Assembly: GCA_002269645.1 (NCBI GenBank)
Contig: NIVC01002952.1
Location: forward strand, 23,878-87,877
Reading direction: 5' to 3'
From: Macrostomum lignano
Lineage: Eukaryota
DNA length: 64,000 bases
Shown here: one piece after another, positions 33,021 to 46,015 of the stretch
Layout: every line of letters begins with the position of its first letter
Position numbering within the stretch: the first letter of the stretch is position 1
Made by a program: the position numbers and the translations under genes
The notes under the pieces: model-generated
The model's database searches: none
Seen by the model: the letters and a program-made list of their open reading frames with translations, nothing else
Told to the model about the DNA's origin: nothing

Positions 33021-33407
33021 CATGGATGAATGAATATAATGGATTGCTATTCTGGCTCTGGCTATTTTCGTTTTTGACTCTTTTGCATCCGGTTCCCCCC
33101 GTGCCTTTTCATTGGTTGATGATTGCCATAGACAATTTTCGGCCTTCGCCCCTTTCTTTCGATGCACAAGCGCTTTCGCTCGTGTTTTGAAATAAAGGGG
33201 GAAGACCTACGAGCGCTCGATATTCTCTGCAAGTAACTGACATTCTCAGTTCTTTGCGCTTGTGCATCGAAAGAAAGGGGCGAAGGCCGAAAATTGTCTA
33301 TGGCAATCATCAACCAATGAAAAGGCACGGGGGAACCGGATGCAAAAGAGTCAAAAACGAAAATAGCCAGAGCCAGAATAGCAATCCATTCTATTCATTC
33401 ATCCATG
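33021..33407. mobile_element. Young 387-bp foldback MITE with about 155-bp near-perfect TIRs (CATGGATG termini, P-like)
   Basis: The arms are almost exact reverse complements; perfect 8-bp TSD gggaaaga at 33013-33020 and 33408-33415. Confidence 0.92.
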
Positions 33408-34664
33408 GGGAAAGAGTGCAGCTTTGAACTGCGAGCTGTCCGATAGATTGTATGTATCAGTTTGACTGGCTTCATTGTCTATGGCTAAGTGAAGTATTTA
33501 CTTACATTATTTACCATAGACATAGCATTTCCCACTTAATTTGGCCCTGCGAGCAGTCAATGTAGAGTCCTAAAGGAAAAAAAACGCCTACATGAATTCA
33601 CATAGCTATAGGGGTGTTCTATGGCCAAAGCTGTCGTTCCAGTCAATTTAGGAGCAATCAGAGAGTATGGAACGTGGAGAAGCACCATTGGCAATTGCGA
33701 TCCGTGGCTGAATGTAAAGATCCGAACTCTCTACTCAATCAGAAGACGATACGAGACAACTGGACGCCGAGATCGTTCACCAAAAAGGCGTCAGACGTCA
33801 CAAGAAACTGCACGATGAACAAATACGTACACGCGTTGCTTTATCTTCTTGGAGTTTTGGTAACTTTTAGGAACTGATTAATCAGTACGATGGCTCATTT
33901 GTTCTGTTGTGCTGTTCCGTATTGAGTTGTCTAGTTAGATGCATGACGACAGATGTACATAGATTTTAAATGGCTTCGCAGGACCCAATTCAGTGGGAAA
34001 TGCTATATATATATATATATATATTAAAACTAAACCGCATTTATATAATTATGTTAGCCAATCGTTTTAAATACACGGGAAGTACAGGCAGTGCAACGGT
34101 GGAAGACACTTTTAGAAGCGAATAAATTGTCATTTTTCTGCCCAGATTTTGTGACCGGAATCAATCAATTTAAGTTGAATCGAAACAAGCTTAATTTCGT
34201 ATCCAATTAGAGTTTCAATGAAATAGATACGGCGAAATCAAATCAAATCACATATAAAAGTAATATACATGTTACATTAAGAAAGCATATACGAGCATAT
34301 CTCTGTGCTTAAATACTTTAGAGAAACTACAGAAAAATTGATGGCTACTAGATTATGGTACGCTCTTATACATGCTGAAACCAAAGCTGCATTGGTGCAA
34401 AAAATCTCAAACGAAAACGCGAGTACACTCGTAGTTTGGGCGCTACTAAAAATGTGCATTTTTTAAAGCAATATCCGTTCCACTTAGAGTCAAATTGAGC
34501 AAAAAATGTTTCGATACAAAAAACCTATTCTTCGCAGAAAGAAAAAGATTGAATGCACGAACGCGTGCAACTGGTCTGTGCGGAATACTTTAGCGGTAAT
34601 AAGGAAATACTTTTGCCCAGCGACTCTTTAGGACTGTTTCTTGGTATGTTTTCAACACAATCCA

Positions 34665-35335
34665 AGTTAGACTGTTTAAGGGCGATTCTTCAAGCCTTTC
34701 ACGGTAATCTTTCAAGACAATTCAAGGGCAATCCTTCAGGACTGTTTTAAGGGCGATTCTTCAAGCCTTTCACGGTAATCTTTCAAGACAATTCAAGGGC
34801 AATCCTTCAGGACTGTTTTAAGGGCGATTCTTCAAGCCTTTCACGGTAATCTTTCAAGACAATTCAAGGGCAATCCTTCAGGACTGTTTTAAGGGCGATT
34901 CTTCAAGCCTTTCACGGTAATCTTTCAAGACAATTCAAGGGCAATCCTTCAGGACTGTTTTAAGGGCGATTCTTCAAGCCTTTCACGGTAATCTTTCAAG
35001 ACAATTCAAGGGCAATCCTTCAGGACTGTTTTAAGGGCGATTCTTCAAGCCTTTCACGGTAATCTTTCAAGACAATTCAAGGGCAATCCTTCAGGACTGT
35101 TTTAAGGGCGATTCTTCAAGCCTTTCACGGTAAACTTTCAAGACAATTCAAGGGCAATCCTTCAGGACTGTTTTAAGGGCGATTCTTCAAGTCTGTTTCA
35201 CGGTAATTTTTCAACACAGTTCAAGGGCAATCCTTCAGGACTGTTTTAAGGGCGATTCTTCAAGTCTGTTTCACGGTAATTTTTCAACACAGTTCAAGGG
35301 CAATGCTTCACGACTGTTTTAAGAAGATAGTCCAA
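34665..35335. repeat. 71-bp tandem repeat, about 9 copies
   Basis: gactgttttaagggcgattc... recurs at 34740, 34811 and so on. Confidence 0.95.
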
Positions 35336-35756
35336 GTCTGTTCAAGCCTATTCTCCCTATCCTACTAAAGGGAGATTCTTTAGGACAGTTTATCGGCGAT
35401 TAGTAAGGACCCATCAAGGCCATTTGTTTAAGACTCGAGAGAACGAAGTGAGACTCGTTCAAGACTTTTAAAGGATATTAAGATTATGTGACTTTACAGT
35501 AAGGGTTATTCTTTCATATCGCTTAGGGAGATTTTTTCAACGCTGTTTAAACGCAACTTTTTACAAATAGATAAGGAGGATTCTCCGAAATTGTTTAAGA
35601 CGATGGCAGCTGTTTTTCTTGTTACAATAATTCCCAATCGTCAACAGTGTTTCTTAGAAAAAATATTTATGATTATTATTTCAGGCAGAGTAGCATTGAT
35701 CCAAGTCAGAAACCTAATCCAAGTCAGCTTGAAGGCTGGTCAGCCAGCTGGTCTCG

Positions 35757-36734
35757 TCAAGGCGGAGGCGGCGGTGGCTTGTTACCATAGCGAAGGCGCT
35801 CAAAGCTGCCAACTCCACCCACCATGCGAACGGCTTCGTCTGCGTCCATGTGTTCGCCATTCTCTTCTTCGTCATCGAAAATGGCCGGCATTTCAACAGG
35901 CGGCCTTTCCACAGGTAGCACCATCGGACGGGACGTGCCCAATGACATCGCTTCAACTTCGGCGGCAGCTTCCAGCTCTTCGGCAAAGATCACCGGCACA
36001 TGCTTCTTGCCAACTAAGGCGTCATGTAGAAACGCACCACCAACCGAGGCATCGCTGTGATCGTAAAACTGTTCAATATTGTTATTATCATTATAGTTAA
36101 ATCGATGATCTCGTCGATACCAACGACAACAAGGACAATAGTGGCGACAGCAGATTACTAATAGGATTAGTGACAATACTATGACGGCAATGCCAAGCAG
36201 AATGGTTAGACCTGGTAAGAACTCTGCGGTAGGAGCGGTTGCAGCAGATACTACTGTGCTTGCATTACCAGCCACTGGGGGCGTTAGTGTTGAAACTAAA
36301 TATTCGGAAACTTCTCTATCTGTCGTTACTACCGCTGCTGCTTCTAGAGAAACTTGACTGTCGTATTGCGCCTGGAATGGAAACGCAAATGCAATAAATA
36401 TACTTATAACTATAACATAAAAGCGACGCTGAGATGTAACATGAAGTCATGCAAAAATTAATCTTACTCTATTAGCTGCTCTAACTGCAGGATCAGGCAT
36501 AGCCTCTAGTAGAATTGCTACAGAAGATGCTGAAAAAAGCGAAGCGACACCTGTAGGAATTAAGGAATATCAGGCAATGCGAAACTGTCACGGGGTTTAG
36601 CAGAGCGCTAAAAGCGAGGTTAGTTAATATTCAGTTGAATCGAGAGGGGCAGAGAGGATAGACTAGAGGTTAGGAAATAAGCAAAAAACACCCAGCCGCC
36701 CATGTCCGCCCATACTCTCCGCTAGCTGCAGCAT
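35757..36734 (-). CDS. Orphan single-pass membrane protein; exons 36371-35757 and 36550-36468, with a possible first exon 36734-36692
   Basis: Ser/Thr/Ala-rich ectodomain, TM segment LTILLGIAVIVLSLILLVI, juxtamembrane CCRHYCPCC, acidic tail ending KPPPPPP*. Junctions are phase-consistent, but the first donor (GTGTTT) is weak. Confidence 0.65.
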
Positions 36735-37030
36735 CCAATCCGATTAATAACTAGCTACAAAAATGGCCGAGTCAAGGACTTCTACACTAGCGCAAATTCT
36801 GGAATGAAAACCTAACTGTTATTAACATGTTCCAATTTACGAAGCATAATAAACTAACAAACTTAATTTGAATAAATCAACTAAAAGAATAATAGGGGAA
36901 GCTAATTTAAGTAAGTCAAGAAGTGGGCATGAAAATGCGCGCGAATACTGTACTGCAGGCATGTACGCTCACACAGGGTGTACACCGACCCTGACTTTCT
37001 AATCATCATCAAGCATGTACAATCTCTGGG

Positions 37031-37802
37031 GGGTCTATGAAATTTGCTCGTGAGAAGTTAGCTTGCCGAAGTCTGCTTGCCGAACTTTGCCTGCCGAATT
37101 TTGCTTGCCGAACTTTGCTTGCAGAATTTTTCTTGCAGGAAATTTGCTTGCTGCACATAAGCTTGCCGAAGTTTGCTTGCAGGAACTTTGCTTGCCGAGA
37201 TTTGCCAGCCACAGTTTTCTTGCGGAACCTTAGAGAATCTATTATTGAGCTCTTGTATTTCTAATTTTTGTTTTCTAAGATTCGTGGAAGTCGCCTATAG
37301 TGTTATGATTTTGTATGAGGATATGGCGGATTTGTAAAGCCCTAATGCAGAACATCGTAAGATAAGATCGTTCTTAGCTCCCATCTCCGTAGTGTAAAAG
37401 TTCCGACGTACGATCGAACTTACGCTACGACAGCTCTATATTGCAACCCCTAAATTCTTAGAATGAAACTCTATAAGCCTAGTTTGAAAGCTCAGTGTCA
37501 AGTCAGTTTACGTCGACGCTGATAAGAATCCACTTGCAAAGCATCTGTATTAAGTAATAATTGACGGACCCACTTCACAAGCAATCAAAACAAGCAAGCA
37601 GACAAGAAAATATTCTAATTCGGCAAGTTAAAACCTTGCAATTGTGATTGCGAATTTCTAGGAAGCAGACATCAAAATTCCGCAAGCAAACTTCGGCAAG
37701 CAAAGTTTGGCAGGCAAAATTCCGCAAGCAAAGCTCGGCAAGCAAAGTTCGGCTAGCAAAATTCCTGCAAGCAGACTTCTCGCAAGCAAACGTCGTACTC
37801 CC
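37031..37802. mobile_element. Mutator-like non-autonomous element with long repetitive inverted arms
   Basis: GGG...CCC ends; 9-bp TSD atctctggg at 37022-37030 and 37803-37811; arms of (ttgcttgccgaa)-like units at 37050-37210 are inverted at 37660-37790. Confidence 0.75.
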
Positions 37803-38878
37803 ATCTCTGGGCTCTTATGAGCGAGAATTCAGCTATTCTAACGCTGAGCTGCTCTACTTGTACCCTTTAACGGTTTTTAAATCTTTTTCCAGATTCCCTA
37901 TTCCAGATGTCCGTGGCTCCGCGCTTTGTGAGACATGGGAGGGGGGAAGAGAATAGCATAGGAACAGACTAACACAGCCTGCAATGACAGTATTCTTTAA
38001 AGAAGAAGGGATTATAATTTGACAGAGGCGACTAAGAACAGGTAGGCACTGGAAAAAGCAGCTCAAAAAAGCGCTGAAGCAGAAATTAAGGTGTAGAAAA
38101 ATCAGCAGAAAAAATGCTAGCTAATGCTACTCAAAAAGAGCGCAGACTAAGAGGGCTGCGGATCTTTCGTCTAATTTAGGATTCTTCGCGTCGGGGTACA
38201 CTTGATTAGCTTCGTTATAAAAACAGGTATAATGCGCTTCCCTACCTAGGGGCATTGGTTTGCTATATGCTAGAATATGCCTGAGGGATTTGCTTCCTTC
38301 TAGTAGCAGCAATATAAGCTATTCGTTTTGCAACAGGCAAACAAGATAAGAAAGGGCTAACCCCTGTGCCGTTGCTTTGCATCGCTGCCTCTGCTGATGT
38401 TACTCTAAAAAACCAGTTTGCTTCCGCCAGAACGGATATGCGCTCGGCGAGGCAAAACGTCTTGTCGATCTGAGCATAAGGCAGACAAAAAGTTCCGTCT
38501 CTACTCTCTACTCATGTTCCTCTCTCTATCTGCTATCTGCTTTCTCGCTATTAGTTCTCACGCTCGCTTATCGACAAAATTGTTACTAAAACCCGAGGGA
38601 GCAATGAGTAGCTAGCTAGCTAGTTTCCTGATGTTGCTACAGCATGAAAACTCTGCTATGTGAGACTGAGCCATTGCTGACGGTAATAAATTATATGGGC
38701 TTGTATGGAACGCATTAACGATTGAAAATGATACATATGCATATTTGTGAAAGTGTGACAGTATAGCTTGTTGCGAAAATATACCAACTTAGTGTACAAT
38801 GAGCTACTACGATTTTACAGAGCTATAGGACACTTGTACCTGTGCTTCAGGCACAAAGGCAAAGAAGTGGTTTATAAA

Positions 38879-39298
38879 GGACTCAGTAGCTGTGTGGCAG
38901 TTTCCTAAGCAGGGCTCAGTAGCTGCAGGGGCAGTTTCCTAAGCAGGACTCAGTAGCTGCAGGGGCAGTTTCCTAAGCAGGGCTCAGTAGCTGTGTGGCA
39001 GTTTCCTAAGCAGGGCTCAGTAGCTGCAGGGGCAGTTTCCTAAGCAGGGCTCAGTAGCTGCAGGGGCAGTTTCCTAATCAGGGCTCAGTAGCTGCAGGGG
39101 CAGTTTCCTAAGCAGGGCTCAGTAGCTGCAGGGGCAGTTTCCTAAGCAGGGCTCAGTAGCTGCAGGGGCAGTTTCCTAAGCAGGGCTCAGTAGCTGTGTG
39201 GCAGTTTCCTAAGCAGGGCTCAGTAGCTGCAGGGGCAGTTTCCTAAGCAGGGCTCAGTAGCCGCAGGGGCAGTTTCCTAAGCAGGGTCCAGTAGCTGT
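38879..39298. repeat. 34-bp minisatellite (ggctcagtagctgcaggggcagtttcctaagcag), about 12 copies
   Basis: Direct reading. Confidence 0.95.
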
Positions 39299-39702
39299 AG
39301 CCGATTTAAAACCGATGGACAGTTCTATTATAGGCAGGTCATATGGAATGCCGTCGAGAAGAAACGCCAAGAATGCAATTAAATAGAAACAAACCCTCTT
39401 CCTTCATTGTACTGATAGTAGCGAGCTAAGCAATTTAACAGAAAATGATAAAACGTAGAAAAACTTTTTTACGAACGAATTTGATATCCTTTATTAAATA
39501 CTCGTATAAAGTACAGAGTAGCAGTTAGTACAATTTTAATTGAAATCGCCGTGACAAAAATCTGATGCTAGAAAACTGACACAAGCTAACAGTTGAAATT
39601 GGCCTAAAATATGTTATGAATTGCGAAATCCAGACTAAATGAGTATTATTATCTAGCAATTAATTTTATAGGACTTATTACGATGAAAAACTGGAATTGG
39701 AA

Positions 39703-39990
39703 AACTGGGAGATCCGGGAGACTAAGGGTTGGGAGACTGGGAGATAAACGATTGGGAGACTGGGGGATGAAGGATTGGGAGACTGGGAGATGAGGGATTG
39801 GGAGACTGGAAGATGAAGGATTGGGAGACTGGGAGATAAAGGATTGGGAGACTGAAAGATGAAGGGTTGAGAGACTGGGAGATGAAGGATTGGGGGACTG
39901 GGAGATGAAGGATTGGGAGACTGGGAGATGAAGGATTGGGAGACTGGGAGATGAGGGATTGGGAGACTGGAAGATGAAGGATTGGGAGAG
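39703..39990. repeat. 23-bp G-rich minisatellite (gggagactgggagatgaaggatt)
   Basis: Direct reading; lies about 50 nt past the FARS2 stop codon. Confidence 0.95.
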
Positions 39991-40043
39991 CTAAATAAAG
40001 ACTATAAAACCAGGACCCTAAACAGCTTTCACTCCGAGAGCTA

Positions 40044-43000
40044 TCACCGAATCTGCACGGCCCAACGAGTCACAGCAGACTTGGCAATCTGGTCGTGAAC
40101 TGTTCGAGCCTCCTCGCTAGTCAGGGTCCGCTCGTGCGATCTGTAAACAATCCGATAGCACAGGCTCATTCGGCCGTCCTTCGGATGCCGGAATTCATCA
40201 ATTAGCGACACCTGCTCCACCAGGTCGCCGGCAATCGATCTGACTAAATCGTAGAAATCGTTGCTATGGAAACTGGCATCTGCCGCTGGTAACCAGAAGC
40301 TTAAATCCATTGGACAGGGCGGATAGACGCTGATAGGCTTGTACTGGACCGGCTGCCACAGGTCAGCGCCCGGCTGGCAGGGCTGGGCGAACTGGGCCAG
40401 AAATGCCGGATCCTTGGACCAGAACAGGCGAATATCTGGCACGCTGAACAGCTGCATAGCCCAGCGCTCCAGGCCGAGACCGAAGGCCCAGCCAGTCCTA
40501 TTGGGCAAGCCGCAGCCGTCTAGCAGACGCTGCTCGACGATGCCGCAGCCCAGCATCTCCATCCAATCGGCTTCCCCGCCGTCTGATTGGCTGTGCCGGA
40601 CCTCCAATTCCCAGGACGGATGAGTGAAAGGAAAATACGCCGGTACCCAGCGGTACGCGATAGAGGAGCCAAACAGCCTGCGGGCCAGGCCTTCTAGGCA
40701 CGATTTGAGCTCGTGCTCAAGCAGCTTGCTGGTCTCCACGCTGTGGCCAGCCTGCGAGCGGTGCGAGTTGGTTTGGTGTGAATTCGAAAGTTTGTTTCTA
40801 GGAAAGACTGGGTACACTTGGTTTCTAGGAAAGACTGGGTATATTTGGTTTCTAAAAAGACTGGATATACTTTGTTTCTAGGAAAGACTGGGTATACTTG
40901 GTTTCTAGGAAAGACTGGGTATACTTGGTTTCTAAGAAAGAACGGGTATACTTGAGTTCTAGCAAGGACTGAGTATACTTGGTTTCTAGGAAAGAACGGG
41001 TATACTTGGTTTCTAGGAAAGACTGGGTATACTTGGTTTCTAAGAAAGAAAGGGTATACTTGAGTTCTAGCAAGGACTGAGTATACTTGGTTTCTTGGAA
41101 AGAACGGGTATACTTGGTTTCTAGGAAAGACTGGGTATACTTGGTTTCCAAGAAAGAACGGGTATACTTGAGTTCTAGCAAGGACTGAGTATACTTGGTT
41201 TCTAGGAAAGACTGGGTATATTTGGTTTCTAGGAAAGACTGGGTATACTTCGTTTCTAGGAAAGACTGGGTATATTTGGTTTCTAGGAAAGACGGGGTAT
41301 ACTTGGTTTCTAGGAAAGAACGGGTATACTTGGTTTCTAGAAAAGACTGGGTACTTGGTTTCTAGGAAAGACTTGGTATACATGGTTTAAGTTTCTAGGA
41401 AAGACTGGGTATACATGGTTTCTTAGAAAAGGATAGGTATACTTGATTTCTACAAAATACTGGGAATACCTGGTTTCTACTTCTAGGAGACTTGTATCTG
41501 GTTTCTAGAAAAGACGGAGTATCTGGTTTTCAGGAAGATTGTTACTCAGACGAAACTTTTTCAGATCTATACAACATTCTGATTTTAAGAGCACTTAATC
41601 TAAGATACTTCTGTATCAAATGAACGACAGTGAAGACACACCTGTTGCTCGTCTGTCCGATTTCTGCTCCGATCGAACATTCTCAAACTGTCAGCCGAAT
41701 CCTTTGCCCCGGCAAACAGCTGCTCCTGCGAATAGATTCGAACTCCCTCCATCTGATGGAACACCGGGAAATGACTGCGATCGATTTCGTCGCGACGATA
41801 TACGTCGCCAACGACTAGGAAAGCGTCGAGGCCCTGACGGAGCAGGTCGCATTGGTGGGCGCTGGTATGGCCGCGTAGCAGGCGGCCCCGGTTCAGATAG
41901 TACACGTCCGACGGCCGCCGGCTGGGATGGTCGGCCGGGATTAGCAGGCTGTCAAAGTTCTGCTCGGGAGTCACTATTGGCGACAGATTGTCCACCACTG
42001 TGAATAGCGGTCGGGAGCGGGACCTGCGGATTCGATTGGAGGGTTTAGGGTTACCAATTTTTAGATGGTTATAAAAAAGTTGTACTTTAGTTTTAAGCTG
42101 CATTGGTTCTGGTATTTCCGCGTACATTCGGGATATGTAGGGTACTAAGAATTGTGTATGTACACACAATTAGATGGCTGATATCATGAGTGTACTTTTG
42201 TAGTGACAGGGGATATATATCTCGAGTGTACCAGTACTTTTATACTGACAGTGAGTGACAGGCAATGATAAATTGAGTGTACATTTGTGGTGACGGGATT
42301 AATGAATTGAGTGTACTTTTGTGATGACAGATGATTATTAACTCAAGTGTACTTTTGTGGTGACGGGATTTATAACTTGCGTGTACTTTTTTGGTGACAG
42401 GATTTATAACTTGAGTGTACTTTTGTGGCGCCTGGGGATTTATAAGTTCAGTACTTTTGTGGTTCAGACGGGATTTATGCATTGAGTGTACTTTTGCGGT
42501 GACAGAATTTATACATTGAGTGTACTTTTGTGGTGACAGAATTTATACATTGAATGTACTTTTGTGGTGACGGGATTTATACATTGAATATACTTTTGTG
42601 GTGATGGGATTTATACATTGAGTGTACTTTTGTGGTGACGGGATTTATACATTGAATATACTTTTGTGGTGACGGGATTTATAGCTTGCGTGTACTTTTA
42701 TGTCATGACAGGGGATTATTAACTTGAGTGTACTTTTCTGGTTACAGGGGGTTGATAGCTTGAGTGTACTTTTGTGGTGACAGGGGATTAACAACTTCAG
42801 TGTACTATTGTGGTGACATGGGATTGATATCTTGAATGGAGTTTTGGCGACCATAAATTAATATATTATCTGCCAAGGACAAACCTAGTATAGTTGGCAT
42901 TGAAGTGGCCCACAATTCTGTTAGTCAGCAGCCACAGCGGATGGCCCCGTTGCCTGTGCAGTCCACAGTTAACCTGTTCAATAATTCGATCAGTTAGATT

Positions 43001-43225
43001 TGTATAGTCATCAGATTCGAACTCCTGACCACACAAGAATAAAGACTTAGCTGAGGCATTATTCAATCTATTTGGGGCAGCATTGCCGCCACTGCTTCCA
43101 CTATCAGTGCTTGCTAGACGATGGCCATAAATCACAGGTAGACGTGACAATGGCAGCCTTTTGGAATGTAGTCGACAAGACTGCAAAAGCAGGCACTCCT
43201 GAAAAGTCAAATTGCCAAGCTGCAT
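40044..43225 (-). CDS. FARS2: Mitochondrial phenylalanyl-tRNA synthetase; exons 43225-42885, 42023-41642, 40751-40044
   Basis: [100 protein letters not shown] and a C-terminal FDX-ACB domain (DLSFWLP...[10 protein letters not shown]). Junctions are GT-AG and phase-consistent. Confidence 0.96.
40795..41520. repeat. 27-bp minisatellite filling FARS2 intron 2 (ttggtttctaggaaagactgggtatac)
   Basis: Direct reading; source of the NQVYPVFPR pseudo-ORF. Confidence 0.95.
42187..42835. repeat. 33-34-bp degenerate minisatellite filling FARS2 intron 1 (gagtgtacttttgtggtgacgggatttatacatt)
   Basis: Direct reading. Confidence 0.92.
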
Positions 43226-44162
43226 TTGACAAGTGTGGGTTTTTACTTCTGTCTGAAACACAGTTGTAATTTCACAATCCTCTAAATATACTAAATTCCA
43301 TCTAGAGGCTAGAAAAAATATTTATGGATGTTTATTATTTGTGTCCTAGTCTTGTTATGACATTCTGAAGTTGAAAATATAATTGGCTTTGTTGGCATTG
43401 TGCTAAAAAAGGCACAATCAATTCTAGTATTATTTAGTTTTCAACGTTTTCATCCTTACAGTTATTATTTTATTTTAAATGAAGTAAATATTAATACTAA
43501 TATCATTGGCAACAGTCTTTTCCATCAATTTCTTTTATTATCCATTGGACATATGTGCCAGTTTTTTTAAACAAATAAAAATGTCATACAGAAATGTTGC
43601 TTTGTAATTGGCAATCATTACTTACCATGTATCATGACCAAAAACAAATATATTGCATAACAATTGAATTCAAGAAAAAATACAAGGTTTTCTTGTTATA
43701 TATTTTGATGCTCTATTTTTATATTGTCTAAAGAATTAGCAAATTTGTATCATTGTGTCATTTAATATGAATTTTATGATATGCCATAGCCTTGTGTATA
43801 TTATACACAAGGCTTTTTGCACTACTAGGCCTTATCTATAAAAAGTGGATCTTTCTAAGTAGGCCTATTACAATCAATAACAAAAATCGCTTGCTCTTAG
43901 GTCTTTAGGAGTAATTATTGTCTATATTGGCTTGAGCAATAAAATTCTACATTTCAGATAGCCTATGCCCTTGAACTATAGCTATAAGTGAAATTTACCA
44001 ATGATAATAACATAGTAGTATTGTATTAGTAATTGCTAATTGCAATATTGCAACTAGGTCCACTAACTATTTCATTGGTTATCATATATTGCTACTAGTA
44101 TGCTTGCATATTTAAGATACTTAAGAAGGTATAATCTAGGCATAGTTTTATCTAATCTAAAA

Positions 44163-44873
44163 TATGAGGGGTATCCGGAAAATAGTGTTACTTTTACTTG
44201 TAGCAGACATTTGGTAAGTTGCATTGACACAAGTTTGGTGTTGTTTGAAAGCGGCAAGTTTCTTCTTTAAAATGACTTAAGCTGTGATCAATTTGGATTT
44301 ATATTTTAAGAGATATGTGCACTTAAGTAGAGGGAGATCGGTCATAGACTTACAGAAGCTCAAATACGAGCGTATCTGCTAAAATTAGCATTCTGCTCAA
44401 TGGCAATGGTGGTGGAAGAACTGACATTAACTGGAACTGAACAGACTGAAGGTCAGGACACCCGAGATCCATGCCAGTCTTGGATCCATTCTCGACTTGA
44501 TTGGTGAAGACTGCTATCAAAGCATCTGCGAAATAGCCAATAGACTAGCTTGCTTGAAGTCCACAGTTTACAAGTGTCTGCAGAAGATGATTCATGTCAA
44601 GCTGAGTGCCCGTTAGGTTTCTTGATGGCTCACTGAGGACATGAAGCTGGATTGTCTGTACAGAAGGCTTGTGTCTAGATTCTGTAAGTCTATGACCATC
44701 TCCCACTACTAAGTGCACATATCTCTTAAAATATCAATCCAAATCTACTGCAGGTTAAGTCATTTTAAAGAAGAAACTTGCCACTTTCAAACGACACCAA
44801 ACTTGTGTCAATGCAACTTACCAAATGTCTGCTACAAGTAAAAGTAACACTATTTTCCAGACACCCCTTTGTA
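44163..44873 (+). mobile_element. Mariner internal-deletion derivative with about 190-bp inverted ends
   Basis: 44165-44350 is the reverse complement of about 44680-44871, with TA at both ends. The interior encodes a decayed HTH and KLSAR(W)V..LTEDMK (WVPHEL-type motif). Confidence 0.8.
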
Positions 44874-45106
44874 GGTGTCTGAACTCAATGAAGTATTTGC
44901 ATGCTTGTCTACAATAGCAATAACAAAATACTTATAATGATGATCATATATGCACAATGGCCCCTGATTTACACTGGCCATTCAACTTACTTTTTGACTA
45001 AAAATGTGACTTACCTGTGAAAGAAACCCTAAAGCCAGTTTTGGGTAAATAGCAGGAGTAACTGACTATCTTATTAAGGCAAAATGCCTCATCATCTAAT
45101 TAGTAC

Positions 45107-46015
45107 TATGAGGGTTGTTTGGAAAGTCTGCAATCAAACATGCTAAATAACTATGCTACATAACAAATAAGCAAAGTGGGGCATCATTTGGTTTTTGTGG
45201 AAGCAAGGGAAACAACAAGCAGAAATTATTTGTGAGGTGCAAGCAATGTATAGTAAATGTGCACATCAAAAACTATGGTTAACAAGTGGGTCTAATGCTT
45301 TGAAGATGGCTAGGAGATAGACAATGACCTTCCATAGAGCAGCTGGCCTGCTATGTCAAACATTGAGCTTGTGCATTGTGCTCTGGATGTTGACTACCAA
45401 GCTATAGTGCAAGAGTTGTCAACCATTACTAGCATCTTATCAATAGCCATTTACTCAATCTTGACAGTTGAGCTTGGTATGTCACATTGTTGCTTGTTGG
45501 CTCCCAAAACTTCTAACTAACCAACAGCAGCAAGAGTGGGTTTAGGTGTGTCAGCAGCTCTTTAGTAATATTGCACTGATCCCAACTTTTTGGACTGGAT
45601 TGTGACTGGGGATAAATCCTGGTTCCATTATAGTGAGCCAGAGTCTAAGATGCAGAGCAGTGTGTAGGCCAGCCATGAGCCTACTGCCTACACCTTTTAA
45701 AAAACATCAAGGCCCGGATTGCACCTTTAGCTGGCAAGAAAATGGCCACTATCTTCTGGGACAAGGAGAGTATTCTGCTTATCAAATGGCTTTGCTGTGG
45801 TGCCACAATCAATAATGAGTCTATATTTAAGTCTTGCAGTTGCATGAAGCTATCAAGGCCCAGCAACATAGCAAGCTGAGCCATGGCATCCTGCTTCAAT
45901 ATGACAATGCTAGGCTACACACTAGCTAGGCAACAATGGCTGCCATTTTGGACCTAGGCTTTAAAGTGCTGCCTCAGCCATACCCACCTTACTCACTGGA
46001 CCTTGTACCTTATAA
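45107..46015 (+). pseudogene. Decayed mariner transposase
   Basis: Remnants IVTGDKSWFHYSEPESK, KMATIFWDKES, GILLQYDNARLH and PYPPYSLDLVP (YSPDLAP-type), with stops and frameshifts; left end tatgagggttg. Confidence 0.85.

Noticed and set aside
37854-38321. Two exon-like minus-strand ORFs (LILLLLEGSKSLRH..., GCVSLFLCYSLPP...)
   Set aside because: They have plausible splice signals, but I found no homology and no phase-consistent path to the membrane-protein exons; left unannotated.
40694-41383. 229-aa and 109-aa repeat ORFs overlapping FARS2
   Set aside because: A 27-bp intronic minisatellite; the real FARS2 exon starts at the acceptor at 40751.
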